Assembly: GCA_963693365.1 (NCBI GenBank)
Contig: CAVNZM010000001.1
Location: 11,310,161 to 11,374,160, forward strand
DNA: 64,000 bases
Source of the DNA: Amoebidium appalachense
Lineage: Eukaryota; Protista; Ichthyosporea
Direction: 5' to 3'
Position 1 is the first letter of the stretch. Each line of letters opens with the position of its first letter. Under the pieces are notes generated by a model that saw only the letters and a list, made by a program, of their open reading frames with translations, did not search any database and was not told the DNA's origin. Shown piece by piece: positions 1-13,870 of the stretch. A program made the translations under genes and the position numbers.

Positions 1-108
1 TTGGTGATTCGGTAATGGGTGGCGAGTAGTATGCGATTGGTTTACAAAACCCTTTTGTGAATGAATACACGTGAAAGATACTAACATAGCGTTTTGGTTT
101 GTTTGCAG

Positions 109-235
109 GTTTTTGAAGGAGCTTGGGATTGAAGAAGAGAACTATGGTGTGTTCCATGGCAAGTGGGGCGGTAGGGGGCCCACGGTGACGTCAGTGAATC
201 CTGCGACGGGCAAGCCTATTGCAAGAGTCGTGGAG

Positions 236-266
<31 letters not shown>

Positions 267-332
267 TGTGTGGATGTACTTGTGTGTGTGTGTGTGTTTG
301 TGTGTTTGTGTGTGGGTGTGGTGTGGGTGTAC

Positions 333-407
<75 letters not shown>

Positions 408-965
408 GAGGTGGGGGTGGGGTTGGGGTTGGGGGTGGGGGGTTACGTTTTTGCATCTTTCTTGTAGATGGGGGAGGGGGGGGGGGGGAGGGGGAGGCAA
501 GTCAGGTGAATGCCGAGAGAAGAGGATGGGTGAAAGACTTCGGTGCTGTTTTGATTTCTTAATATATTAGTTATCAGGCATGGGATTGTAACAGCATCTT
601 TTTGATGAACCGAGTATTGGTTGGCTATAGAATCATCATTTGGTGAAGGGGGAAGATGGGAGGAGGGGGGGAGGGGGGAGGGGAGAGGGAGGTTCGGCCC
701 TGGATTGTTGGTTGAGGAACAGGAGGAAAGAAGGGGTTTCACTGTAGAAGGCCCCGGAGAGGAGGGGGGGGGGGGGGGATGTAGGTGTGGGTGGTGTCCA
801 GAACGATTTTGGGAGTGTTGTGGTGTACCTGCGAAACGTCTGTGGGGAGGGCAAGGCAGAAATGACGAGAGGAAAGTGAATAAGAGATTCATGGGATTGT
901 CATAAACGGTTGTGACGGTCCGGAAGTGGGGGGGGGAGGGGGGAGGGGGGAATGGGGTCACTGGT

Positions 966-1011
<46 letters not shown>

Positions 1012-1165
1012 GGCCGGGGGGGGGGGGGGGGGGGGGGACGGGATGGGGGGGATGGAGGGGCGTAACCAACTCTGACGGTGTGTGTGCATGTGCACAGGGT
1101 ACGCTGGAAGACTACAACGAGACAGTCGAAAAGATGCTCAAAGCAAAGTCCGTCCTGGCTACGGT

Positions 1166-1199
<34 letters not shown>

Positions 1200-2228
1200 T
1201 TCCACCCCCTCACCCCCTCGCCTTTCCTGCTTGGAGGGCCATGGGACCCCTCGTCTCTCTGCGTTTTGTCAATGTGTACTCTAATTGCCGCAAGTTAAAC
1301 ACCCTCCCCGGGGGGGGGGGGGGGGGGGGGGGGGATTGGGAGAGCAGTTGTTAGTGCAAAGGTGAAACGATAGTGTGGAAGAGGATCTGTATGAAAAGTT
1401 GAAGATTTTCTTAATTATGAATGGTGGAACTTGATTGGCCAAACACCGCCCCCCGCATGGCCCAAGGGACCAATCGAAGCTGACGGTGATTGATTTCAAA
1501 AATAAGCCACCCCGCAGAGTTAACATTCCCGTTCTTCTCACTACGTTTATGGTGTCATCTGGCCAATCAAATCTGGTTGTTAGTTCTTACGAACCAATCA
1601 TATCTCAGATGCCTGCGCCAAGGCGTGGTGAGCTTGTGCGGCAGATGGGTGACAGGTTGAGGCAAAAGTCGAAAATCCTTGGCCAGTTGGTGTCGCTTGA
1701 GGTCGGAAAGATTCTGCCTGAGGGTACGTATTACTTGTGGTTTTTTTTTGGTTTTTTTTTTTTTTTTTGTGGGGGGGGGGGGGAGGGCAATTTTTAAAGC
1801 CGCCGGAGTTGCTGAAGGATTCTTTCTGAGGGTAGGTTGCCCTTTTTTTGTGTGTTTGGGGGGCAGGGGGGGGGGTTGGGTGGGGGGGGGGAAGATTGCA
1901 TTTGTATGCGGCTGTAGCCTTCTGTTTGTTTGTACTGGAATCCAGGGGAGAACTGATTAACCCCGCTCCAACTATCTTTTTTTTTTTTTTCTATCCCTGT
2001 TGTTTTTCATTTTTGATATGCCGCCTACTGAAGAGTAGTCATTGTTTTTGTTTTTGAATGTACCCTACAATAATGCTTCATATCACATGGGTATGGGGAA
2101 GGGAGGGAGAGAGGGGGGGGGGGGGGGGGGGGGGAGAAAGAGAGAGAGGGGGGGGGGGGGAGGGAGGGAGAGAGAGAGAGATGGGTAGGGGGGAAGGGAG
2201 GAGGAGAAGGGGAGAGGGGTAGAGAGAG

Positions 2229-2280
<52 letters not shown>

Positions 2281-2325
2281 GTAGTTCTTTAGTTTCTTTT
2301 TTTTCTTTTTCTTTTCCTTTTTTTT

Positions 2326-2377
<52 letters not shown>

Positions 2378-3026
2378 AATGGAAAATTGTTGCAGGGGAA
2401 TGTGATTGTGGAAAACGTCCGGAGCTTATGGCCACGGAAAAACATATACTGTAAATTTGAACACACAATTACAAATTTTGAGGGCTAAATATTCAACAAA
2501 AATGCATCATGCAGGGGTTGGTGAGGTGCAGGAGTACATCGACATCTGCGACTATGCCACCGGTCTGAGCAGAATGATCAACGGAAAGGTCCTGCCCTCA
2601 GAGCGTACGTGCCTGCTTATAGATCCCCCCCACCCCCCTCCCCACCCCCCCCGTCTCCCAGCTTCTCCCCCATTGCAATACCATCTTCCCTCTCAAACCA
2701 TCCCTTCCCGACTCTTTCCACACATACCGACAGCGCCCTTCATAATAGTCTATAAAAACCCTGCACATAAAGCAATCTCAGTTTATCTTTTTTAATTTTT
2801 AACTGATTGGTTAATCTTTAATCCGATTAGGGCCTGGCCATGCGATGCTCGAACAATGGAACCCCCTTGGCCTAGTTGCTGTAATTTCAGCCTTCAACTT
2901 CCCTGTGGCCGTCTACGGGTGGAATAGCGCACTCAGTCTGATCTGCGGAAACCCCCTGCTCTGGTTTTTGAACCCTCCCCCCCCCCACACACACACGCGC
3001 GCGCATCGCACCATCATCATACTCCA

Positions 3027-3071
<45 letters not shown>

Positions 3072-3191
3072 AAGGAGGAGGAGAAGAAGAAGAAGAATAA
3101 AAGAGAAGACGGGGGAAAGGAGAAAAGAAAACAGAACGAAAGAACCGAGCATGTTACTCCTCAAGGGGTCAGACAGACTCGAATCGGCCGT

Positions 3192-3227
<36 letters not shown>

Positions 3228-3587
3228 AGAATATAGACAAAAACATCTGATAGACTCAAAAAGTATGAAGACGAAGTGTATAAAGAATAAAAAATATAAA
3301 GACCACTACAGGACGAAGATACTAGAAAGACACAACAAGGAAAAGGCCCAAAAAAGGGTTCCTTGTTAAGTATGAAGGCTCACCCCTCATGCTGCAGGAA
3401 GGGTGCCCCATCCACCCCCCTCTGCTCTGTTGCTGTGACCCGCATTCTTCAGCAAGTGCTCGAGGAAAACAACCTGCCTCCGGTACTCCCCCCCCCCCCC
3501 CCCCCCCCCCCCCCCTTACTCCTCCCCCCCCCCCCCCCCCCCACAAAAAACGAGAGAGAGAGAAAGAGAGAGAGAGAAAAGAAAAGA

Positions 3588-3627
<40 letters not shown>

Positions 3628-4310
3628 GGGCGGCACAAACACCATAGACATACACTATGAAACGGTGTACTACTTGCGAAGTGTGTGTATATATGCGTGA
3701 GAATGTGATATGGCTTTGATTGCTTGAGGGCGGAAACAACATCACTGGTTTTTTGGGCACATCTGCCTGCATCTGAATAACCCTACATGTGATTTGTAGC
3801 GTGACCCCCCCCCCCCCCCCCCCCCCCCCCCCCACACACACACAAAAAAAAGAAGAAGGAGAAAAAGCTGAAGAACCATTGTTCATTTGAAACACACACA
3901 GATGGCAGCATGTGTTTGCAACAAGGCACGTGCCGGATTCACAAAACAGTGTCTAACATGGCACACATGCATGGACACAAGCAGATGTGCGCGCACATGT
4001 GCACACACACATAAAAACCCACACGTACCCGTACACTTGAACATGCTCACACACACGTATACACACACACACGTACACACGTGCACACGTATGCATGCAC
4101 CCCCCCCCCCCCCCCCCCCCCCCCCCACACACACACAGGAAATCTACTCTCTCGTTTCTGGGGGTGCAGAGATAGGCAAGGCCATTGCTGCCGATCCTCG
4201 CATGAACCTCGTCTCCTTCACGGGCAGCACACCGGTAGCCCCCCCTACACACACACCCCATTTCTACCCCTCCCTCTCTTCCCCTCCCGCCCCCCCCTCC
4301 CCCCCCCCTT

Positions 4311-4349
<39 letters not shown>

Positions 4350-5218
4350 CCTTCTTTCTCTCTCCCCCCCCTCCTCCCCCTTTCCCCCCTGCCCCCCTGC
4401 CCCCCTTCCCCCCTTCAACATTGACTGCCAGGTGTAATCTTCCTGTGTTGCAATTCTCTACTATCGGGAGCGGACTTTGTTTTTCGCTTATGGTAACTCA
4501 TACCTCTTTTTTTTTTTTTTTTAAGGGGGGGTGGGTGGCGGGGGAGGGGCTAATTGAGATGGCAATTTGGCGGTTTGGGTATATGTCCCTGGCGCAGGGG
4601 GGGGGGGGGGGGGGGGGGGGGGGACGGCAGGGGGGATGTTACAAGTTGTCGTTTAAAAGTGCTGGTAAGAGTGAGTCACTGGTTAAGAATTCGTGTGTAT
4701 TTGGCGAATAGGGTATAGGAATGGGGTAAAGGGGAGTTCGTATGTATGAGGAATATTGATATCACAGGATGGAATGGCGGGTAAGGGTTGTGGGAGGAGC
4801 GGGTTTTGAGGGTTATCGGCAGGGAAACGAGAAACTGGGAAGGGAAAATAGGAGGTCGGTGGGTGAGCTGGGGTTCGAAACGAGGGGTGGGGGAGGTGGG
4901 GGGCTTCTGGGAGGAAAGGGGGGGAAGGGGGGGGGAGGGGGAGGGGGGGGGGGGGGGGGGGGGTGTTTGTTGTTGCTAACTGTTGTGTGGTTGGGCAGGT
5001 GGGAAGAGACGTGGGTGTGACGGTGCAGAAGAGATTTGGAAAGAGCATTTTGGAGCTGGGTGGAAACAACGCCATTATCGGTAGGTGGTGTGGGTGGGTG
5101 GATGTGTGTGGGTGTGTGTGTGGGTGTGTGTGTGGGTGTGGGCGTGGGTGTGGGTGGGTGAGTGCATGTGGGTGCACACGTGTGCATGCGGGATGCGGGC
5201 CTGTGTTCATATGTATAT

Positions 5219-5253
<35 letters not shown>

Positions 5254-5359
5254 AGGTTGACGTGTGTACGCTGGTTAGGTGAACAAAAGAGAAAGTCGGG
5301 GACTCTTTGGTCACTGCTATACTCGTATGTTTTTTCTGCACCCGTGCACCTATCCCCTC

Positions 5360-5418
<59 letters not shown>

Positions 5419-5536
5419 ACAGTGCACGAGGATGCAGACATTGAGCTCTGTGTACGTGCTTGTCTCTTTGCTGCCGCTGGCACGGCCGGCCAGCGCTGTA
5501 CCACCACCAGACGTTTGGTAAGAATGTCTCCCCCTG

Positions 5537-5567
<31 letters not shown>

Positions 5568-6049
5568 AAAAAAAAAATAAATAAATAAAAAAATAAAAAA
5601 ATAAACAAAAGGCAAAAAAAAAAAAAAAGCAAAACATTGTGTGGCTCTTGGTGTGCATATACCGTCTCCTTTCATTTTGCGTAGTGTTACCGTGTGGCCT
5701 GTGTTTTTGGTCTGTGTGTGTGAGTGTGGGTGTGGGTGTGGGTGTTGCACTTGTGTATAGACGGGGTGGGGGAGAGGGGGGTGAGCGGAGTACAAAGGAA
5801 ATTTAGCGAAAGGAAAAAGAGGGAAGGAAGGGAGAGGTGTGTGTGTTGTTGGTGGGACAGGTGTGTGTGTGTGTGTGGGGATGGGGGGGGAGGGGGGAGG
5901 GGAGGGGCAGGATTTAGCGGGATTTTACCCAAGTTTCTGAATGTTATATGCAGATTCTACACGAGTCTATTCACGATGAGTTCTTGGAGAGACTGGTGGC
6001 TGCTTACGGCCAGATCAAGATCGGTGACCCACTGAGAGGTGGGTGAACG

Positions 6050-6108
<59 letters not shown>

Positions 6109-6819
6109 TGGGGGGGGGGGGGGGGGGAGGGGGGGGGGGGGGAGGGAGGGGGAATGGGGATAAGAGGAGGCTATATAATGTTTGGAGGGAAGTATTTCTT
6201 GTGGCGCGTGGGGGGAGGGGGGGAGGGGGGGGGGGGGGGGGGACGGATGTGGGGAGGGGGAGAGGGGTGGGAGAGCGACAATGTTCAAAGCGACTTTTTA
6301 AATTTTTGAAGGAAGAGTGGGGGTGTGAAGTCTTGATTTTTTATTTTTTATTTTTCGTATCGAGGCACAATTTAAGTTAAAAAAGACACGATTGTTGGCT
6401 AATAAGTGGTTCTGTAAGATTTCGGGTGACGTGCTTATTGGATAGCTAGAGGCTTTTTCTGTTTGATATCCTGGGACGCTGTGTGGAAATACGGACCAAG
6501 TAATTGGGTGGTGATTCGGGCGAGTAAACGTTTTCTCCAGGCAATGTTTCATTTTCTTTCGTTTTTTCCTTTCTGTTTTCGTTTTTTCGTCTATCTTTTT
6601 TCCCTGGCTGTGTGTGTGTGTGTGTGCGCGTGTGTGTGTGTGTGTGTGTGAGGGGAGGGGGCAGGGGGGGGGAGGGGGGACATATTATTAGAGTTCTATG
6701 CGGATCATTACCTCTCTGGCAGCTGACCTTTAGCCAATCAGACGGTGTGCTTTGTGGGCCACTGCATACCAAGGCTGCAGTGGAGGTGTTCCGACAGGGC
6801 ATTGAGGATGCAAAGGCAC

Positions 6820-6858
<39 letters not shown>

Positions 6859-7121
6859 CTTTTCTTCCGTTCTTTTCTTTTCTTATCTTGATTGTGTTCT
6901 CTGGGCGGGTGTGTGGGTGTGGGTGAAGGGGTGGGTGGGTGGGTGAGTACTGGGGGGGGGGAGGGGGGGGGAAGGGAGGGGATTTCATGTGGGTCTGTTT
7001 TGGGCCCGGGGGGGGGGGGGGGGGGGGGGATATATCGAGAGTCTGGGGGGGGGGGGGGGGAGTGTGTAAGGTGCAGGTTGGTTTTTTTTAACCATAGGCT
7101 TGCGGATGTTTGGGGTTTGGT

Positions 7122-7214
<93 letters not shown>

Positions 7215-7405
7215 TCGGAGGGGAGGGGGATGCAGTTGTGTACACAGTGTATTTGCAGCATGTGTCTGTTTTTGGGGGGGAGGGGGGGTCAAAGTCTGCA
7301 AAGAGCTATCAACATACAATGGTACCCGCCCTGACCTTTCCTCCACCCAATTTTTTCTGGTTTTTTCCCCACCTTTTCCTTTCCCTTCTTCTTATTTCAC
7401 CTTTT

Positions 7406-7439
<34 letters not shown>

Positions 7440-7959
7440 CCCCCCCCCCCTCCCCCCTCCCCCCCCTCCGGGGCTGGCCATTCCCCTTCTGTTTTCCTTG
7501 TCGGCTCCCGTTCTATCCCTCCTCTCCTCCCTTCCCTCCCCCTGTTCTTCCCCCCCCCCCCCCCCCCCCCCCCCCCACACACCAAAACATCACAGGGTGG
7601 TAAGATTCTGTGCGGCGGCAAAGTTCTGGAAGGGCCTGGAAACTTCGTGCAGCCTACGATCATTTCCATTGGCCACAATGCAAAGTGTGTGCAACATGAG
7701 AAGTTCGTGCCTATTCTCTACGCATCAAAATTCAAGGTAGGAATATCCTCTCTCTCTCTCTCTCTCTCTCTCCTCCCCCTCCCCTCCCCCCCCCCCCCCC
7801 CCCCTCCGCCTCTCTGTCTCCCCCCCCCCCCCCCCCCCCCCCCCCCCGCCCCCACAACCACCACCACCACCACCACCGCTGCCACCACCGCCACACACAT
7901 CGTGTCTTCTTTGAAGCTTGCACCTTTTCCCCGTTTCTATCTTCCTCTCTCTCTCTGTC

Positions 7960-7995
<36 letters not shown>

Positions 7996-8242
7996 TTGCC
8001 AACTTCTCCCCGGCTTCCTTCTTTCGCCATCCTCCCACTTCACATTGACATGCTGGAAACACGTGTTACACACACATGCACATGAAACCGAAGTCCAGAA
8101 AGTACGCCGATCCAGGTATTCAGGAGTACTGTAGGCCTTACAGGCTTCTGTTGATGTGCCACAAATAATCTTTTGGCCTCGCCAAGGTACCGGTTGCTTC
8201 ACAAACCCAATACCATTCTCCTGTCGTCAATTCTGACATGGA

Positions 8243-8285
<43 letters not shown>

Positions 8286-8844
8286 TTCTCCTCCCTTCCG
8301 GGCGCCTCTCTCTTCTTCAGACTTTCGTTGTGCTAACACCATAAGACCTTCTACCCCTTCCCCGCCCCCCTCCCCCTCTCCTCCCTCCCTCCCTCCTTTT
8401 CTTCCCCTCTCCTTTGTTTTTCTTCCTCTTCCTCCTTGACCCCTTCTTTTTTTCTTTCTCCCTTTTTTCCTTTCTTTTCATCTTTTCTCCCCCTCAGACC
8501 ATCGAAGAAGCCATCACCATCAACAACAGTGTAGCCCAGGGTCTCAGCTCTTCTCTCTTCACAACAAACCCCTCCCATATATTCAAGTGGTTGGGCCCTG
8601 AGGGCTCGGACTGTGGTATTGTGAACGTCAACATTCCAACAAACGGAGCCGAAATCGGCGGCGCGTTCGGTATGTATGCGAAAGGGGGGGGGGGGGGGGA
8701 AAGGCAGAAGGGAAATTTATATGGTGTAGGAACCCCCCTGATGGTTGGCTCTGTTCAAGTATCTAGGCGTAGTATGTTCTGCCTGCGTGTTTCCATTTGC
8801 CTTTTGGTAAAAGTCTTTGGCTTTGCTAATGCATCACCCTTGCC

Positions 8845-8881
<37 letters not shown>

Positions 8882-9241
8882 CCATTTACTTTTTTCTCAT
8901 TCTTGGCATTTCTTCCCCCCCCCCCCCCCCTCCTCCCTCCCCCTCCCCCCTCCCCCTCCCCCCCCCCCCCTCCCCCCCCCCTTTCAAAAAAAAAAAAAAA
9001 AGAAGAAGCACGCACTAGTCCGGCATTCATTCATATTGCTCACACTGTGCTTCACTGTGTGCAGGAGGAGAGAAGGAGACGGGGGGTGGACGTGAGTCGG
9101 GCAGTGACTCATGGCAGCAGTATATGCGCAGATCAACCTGGTAAGAACCCCAAGGGACACACACATGCACATGCATGCACCAAAACGCACACACACACGC
9201 ACATGCACATTCATTGCCCCCCCCCCCCCCCCCCCCCCCCC

Positions 9242-9296
<55 letters not shown>

Positions 9297-9692
9297 ACAC
9301 ACACGGGTACACACACGGGTACACACACATGAACGCATGTGCAGGCGCACAGGTACACGCACGCGCGCACTTGTGCATATGCACAGGCACACACACACAC
9401 ACACATGCGCTCCTGGTGCACTTGCACACATACACACACACATGCTTACATAAAGGCACAGGCACAGGCACACAGGCAACACATCCACGCGCACACAGAC
9501 ACTCGTAGACACACAATTACATACTGTCGAACCTGACATGCACTATTCAGATGTGGGGGGGGGGGGGGGGGGGGGGGGGGGAAGAAGGGAGTGAGGGGGA
9601 AAGGGAAAGGTAAAGGTGTACAGGTGCTCTGAGACATGCACTATTCAGAGCACCTGTACACCTTTACCTTTCCCTTTCCCCCTCACTCCCCC

Positions 9693-9770
<78 letters not shown>

Positions 9771-9995
9771 TTCCTCTTCGCTTCTCCTTCCTATAACCAG
9801 TGGAGGCGTAACTTGGGTACTGAGGATTACTTGAAACCAGGGGTTATGACCAATTGGGTACAAAATTGTAGACTAATATGATATTTGGGCATATAATGAT
9901 TGAAGGTAGTGCAATGGTTCTGACGTCATTCACCCTGCAGCACCATCAACTACAGCAAACAGCTGCCATTGGCCCAGGGTATCAACTTCGGCTGA
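109..9995 (+). CDS. ALDH7A1: Aldehyde dehydrogenase family 7 (antiquitin / alpha-aminoadipic semialdehyde dehydrogenase); 15 exons visible, 5' end lies before the window
   Basis: Exons 109-235, 1098-1163, 1609-1723, 2515-2604, 2831-2963, 3398-3482, 4139-4234, 4999-5080, 5423-5517, 5954-6038, 6742-6821, 7596-7736, 8498-8669, 9065-9140, 9941-9995. All introns are GT-AG and phase-consistent (498 codons + TGA). ALDH7 motifs: [56 protein letters not shown] (catalytic Glu), GTAGQRCTT (catalytic Cys), [37 protein letters not shown], and the C-terminus [17 protein letters not shown]. Confidence 0.97.
9587..9690. repeat. Perfect 46-bp inverted repeat (hairpin) with a 12-nt loop in the last ALDH7A1 intron
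   Basis: 9587-9632 (GGGAGTGAGGGGGAAAGGGAAAGGTAAAGGTGTACAGGTGCTCTGA) is the exact reverse complement of 9645-9690. The flanking TGTG+poly-G and poly-C+CACA extend the stem to about 9552-9728. Confidence 0.93.
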
Positions 9996-10074
9996 ACTTT
10001 AAACTTTAAAATTTTTATGTTTTAGGTTTATGTTTACAGGTGTTAGGGCGTATAGCCAAAGAACCCACAAAGAA

Positions 10075-10129
<55 letters not shown>

Positions 10130-11231
10130 GAGATAGTTAGAACATATTGGATTTATGGTTGGAGAAATGAATACTTGAGCGTTATCTCTGCTATGAGATT
10201 TTTTTTACCGCTGAAGAAGCCTATGTTGATGTCGATTTTATTGATGCATATACAGGCTGGTTGTTAGGCATGTAACTAGTTGCTTATTATATTAGGGACA
10301 TGTACATACATATGTGCCACTACAGTCACTACATTGGTAACATTTAGAATTTTTTTTTGTTGTTGTTGATCGATGATATATATGCTGGCTGGGCCAGTCA
10401 ATAAGAGAGGTAGAGAGGTAGCCAAACATGGCTACCGCCACGTGTACAACAGTGTGTGCCCTCTTTGACATCGTCATTTACTTTTTTCTACACAGGCATG
10501 CGCGTGCGTACAAACACAAACACACACACACATACACACACACACACACACACACGCAAACACACCGGCACATGTGCCCGCACAAACACACACGCACACA
10601 TCAGCACACACACGCGCGCGCGGGCGCGCGCACACACTCCCACACACACACACTCACTCAAACTCACGCATGCGCCCGCACGCACGCACACACACACGCA
10701 CGCGCACGTGTGCGCGCGTGCGCGACCGCACACACACAAACACATGCACGTGCCCCCCCCCTCCCCCTTCCTCCCCCCCCCCCCCCCCCCCCCCCCCCAC
10801 CCCCCCCCCCCCACACACACACAAGCGCGCGCCTGCACACGAACGCGCGCACACAAACACACATTGCAGACTTGATGACAGGAGGCGATTCTGAACACAG
10901 TCCTATCTTTGAGTCATATAACCATGAGGTGTTACCAAATGATCGCCGAAATCCATTCTATGAAACGTAAATACGTTTGTATCAATATAGGCGCCGGCTC
11001 TGCATTTTCCCCGTACCTTACATTGCACCCCCCCCCCCCCCCTCCCCCCCCCGGGTCTGATGCGCCCGGGCAAACACACGTGTGCATGCGCAAGCGCACG
11101 CAAATGTACACTTGCAAATTGCCCGAAACTTTGACCGCACGCACGTACACAGGCACCAAGGCGGTACCTGCACACCGTACTCTCATGCACATGCGTACAC
11201 AGGCACACAAGAACGCTCGCAAGCACATACA

Positions 11232-11272
<41 letters not shown>

Positions 11273-11431
11273 ACCAACACTCACACACACCCCTCAAACA
11301 AACAAAAGCAAGCAAATAAACCCTTAGAATGAGGAAGCGTTGTCAATTCACACACAAAAGACATGTGCGCAACAAAGTCTAGATCAAGAAGCACAACCTC
11401 ATGCCACGTACATTTGCACACAAACACACAC

Positions 11432-11493
<62 letters not shown>

Positions 11494-12114
11494 CATCATC
11501 CAAAGGAAAACTCTACCTGGGGAAAAGGTTGGTGTGATGTGTGGATGGGGCAGAAATACTGCGCCCTCGAGCTCGCGTGTTTGAACAGTCGAACATGTGA
11601 TGTATCACATAGATGTTCACAATTTCGCATATCACAAAGTGCACATATGCATTTGGTATACAGGTATCAAAACCTACAAATTGTTCGGAAAGTTTGATAC
11701 GGATTCAAGTTTTGCAAGTTTATATATGAGCAACAGCTTCTTTTGCATGCATACAAAGCTTTGTTGGGACATTCATGCATGAAGGATACTACGGAGAAGA
11801 ACTTGTAGAGAAACACTGTGTCTGCCATTTTTACAACAAAGCACCATGGATATACAGATGTCAGGTTGCAAAATGTCGGCATACCAGGTGATTTTTTTTT
11901 TTTTTTTTTTTTTTTTTGCAGGTCCATATATCGGGAAAGCAAGGCTTTGCATGGTAAACAACATAGTCTTGGACCATTCATGCATAGTAACTGGCATTAT
12001 GTAAAGAAACCGTTGAATCACTCTTTGTATATTTATTAAAATTAAAAATTTAAAAAGACATACAAATAACCACAATGGGCTCAGGGAAAGCTAAATCATT
12101 TACAAACACTATAG

Positions 12115-13386
12115 CTACATATTCCTATTTATAACCTTTTCAATCTGTTCTCTTATTTCGTCGTCACTGTGTACCTTCCGTGCTATAAGTAATTTGGGAT
12201 GGAGCATCGCGTTCTGAAACCTAAAATCATTCCAATCATTTTTCCCCATATAGCACGGAGACCCGCTCCTCTCCTGCTTGTTGCTAACACACTCATACCA
12301 CCACGTCTCGTACGTTATTTTATGATCCTCCATCATATTTGCGGATATTTTCATCGCGTTCGAAAACCACGGGTTGTTTGCGAGAAGTGTCTGAAAATAA
12401 GACTCGTCCGGCATAGATGTTTGCGCAAAAAAGCGGGACCACGACACCGCCTGTGCACTGTTTACGGAAAAATCGGCAAATTCCCTGGTAATTACCATCC
12501 AAGCACTTCCCTTAAATATTGGTTTTCCGCCTGGCGTGCGTGTCATTTGACTGCAATTTTCGTTTTTGCAACGAGCGGGGGTCCTTTTGCACACGTGAAA
12601 ATGGAGCGGTTGTGCGCGTTGGTGGCAGGGGGGAAATGCGAGATCGTATGAAACCGCCATCTTTTGTTGTTCAAGTATGAGGTTGGATAAATACAAGTCT
12701 ATTTCTCGCAATGATTTGAGTGGAATGGAGCTCCCGCACAGGTTAAGTGCAGCCACCCATCCTGGAAGGGTTAACGCAGTTTTGATTTGCTCTTTCTGCA
12801 TCTCGACTTGTGACCATTTCGCCCATATTACGTTCAGACGTGTTTCGACTATTTTCACGTTTGTAAGGTGCATGAATGCAGCCTCGAAAACGTTTACAGA
12901 CTCATTCGAGACTTTTGCGTCCAAATGCACAACGAAAAAATGTGACGGGTGGTAGAGAAGCCGAATATTTTGTGCCACACCATTCAGAGTGTCGTTGTCG
13001 TGTGCACTCAGTAGAAATGCAAGAGGCAGTTGTGGATTCCACCCAAACGGGGCTATCGGGGAGGGATATGTGACGCTGTCGTCGTGGTAGAAATGCAAAA
13101 GTGGGTTGTCTATTTCGAAGGGGAGGATTTTCTTGGTCCCGGGTTTGGAGGCCACAGTGAGTAGTCTTGCTTTGTCGATTTCCAGGGGCGTTGTTAGGTG
13201 GACGCTTCGAAGCTCGTTTTTGTGCGTTAGTAAGAACAAACCACTACCCTTGTCCCTTTGCATCAGGGTATGAAAAAGAAGGAGAACGGTAGCAAAAAAA
13301 GAAACATATCCTGTTGGGGACCATGCTGGATACTTGCCGAAAAATGAACTAAAGCGAGAACATGGTGTTATTCGCCTTTGAAGCAT
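12115..13386 (-). CDS. Glycosyltransferase family 14 (core-2/I-branching beta-1,6-GlcNAc transferase / xylosyltransferase-like), type II membrane protein, intronless, 423 aa
   Basis: Single repeat-free ORF. N-terminal hydrophobic anchor (YVSFFATVLLLFHTL). GT14 motifs LAFLLSAH, LYHPSHFFVVHLDAK, VIWAKWSQV, LNLCGSSIPLKS, KGSAWMVITREFADF, PDESYFQTLL, ARK. Confidence 0.9.
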   Translation of the reverse strand: MLQRRITPCSRFSSFFGKYPAWSPTGYVSFFATVLLLFHTLMQRDKGSGLFLLTHKNELRSVHLTTPLEIDKARLLTVASKPGTKKILPFEIDNPLLHFYHDDSVTYPSPIAPFGWNPQLPLAFLLSAHDNDTLNGVAQNIRLLYHPSHFFVVHLDAKVSNESVNVFEAAFMHLTNVKIVETRLNVIWAKWSQVEMQKEQIKTALTLPGWVAALNLCGSSIPLKSLREIDLYLSNLILEQQKMAVSYDLAFPPCHQRAQPLHFHVCKRTPARCKNENCSQMTRTPGGKPIFKGSAWMVITREFADFSVNSAQAVSWSRFFAQTSMPDESYFQTLLANNPWFSNAMKISANMMEDHKITYETWWYECVSNKQERSGSPCYMGKNDWNDFRFQNAMLHPKLLIARKVHSDDEIREQIEKVINRNM

Positions 13387-13724
13387 CGTTGGATCGTCCT
13401 GCGTGCGCCTGTATGGTTGTTAAACAATTATTCATGTCGTGCAGAAACTGAGAAGAAACAAATTCGGGCCTTATAACCTGCTCACAAGGCTCAATTGCAA
13501 CTTGCAAGGACGCGCTGGCCCCTCCCTTCCCCCCCCCTCAAAAAAAAAACCCCCCGTGCTCCTCCAGATAGATGCTTCATAGAACGCGTGTGCCACTAAG
13601 GTACCATAATTGCTACCAACGTGTTACGCATTTAGCGTATCCTGCAGCCCTGCGTGCTCTAAAATCATTTGATTTTCCGGGTTAACGTTACCGCAGGGCT
13701 CCGCAAGTCTGACGAGTACAGTTT

Positions 13725-13870
13725 TGTAGCCAATCAGTACACTTATTCAATAACCATTATAGGGCTTACCAGATGTCAGCCTGGCTCAGCCAATGATAAG
13801 GCTTTACGATCTCCCGCCATCTGATAGACACCCAATCGATTCAGTTTAATTTAATACAACCAATCACGGG
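13725..13870. promoter_or_regulatory. Cluster of four CCAAT boxes upstream of the GT14 gene (candidate promoter)
   Basis: TAGCCAATCAG (~13727), CAGCCAATGA (~13787), CCCAATCG (~13831) and AACCAATCAC (~13858), lying 350-480 bp upstream of the minus-strand ATG. Confidence 0.35.
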
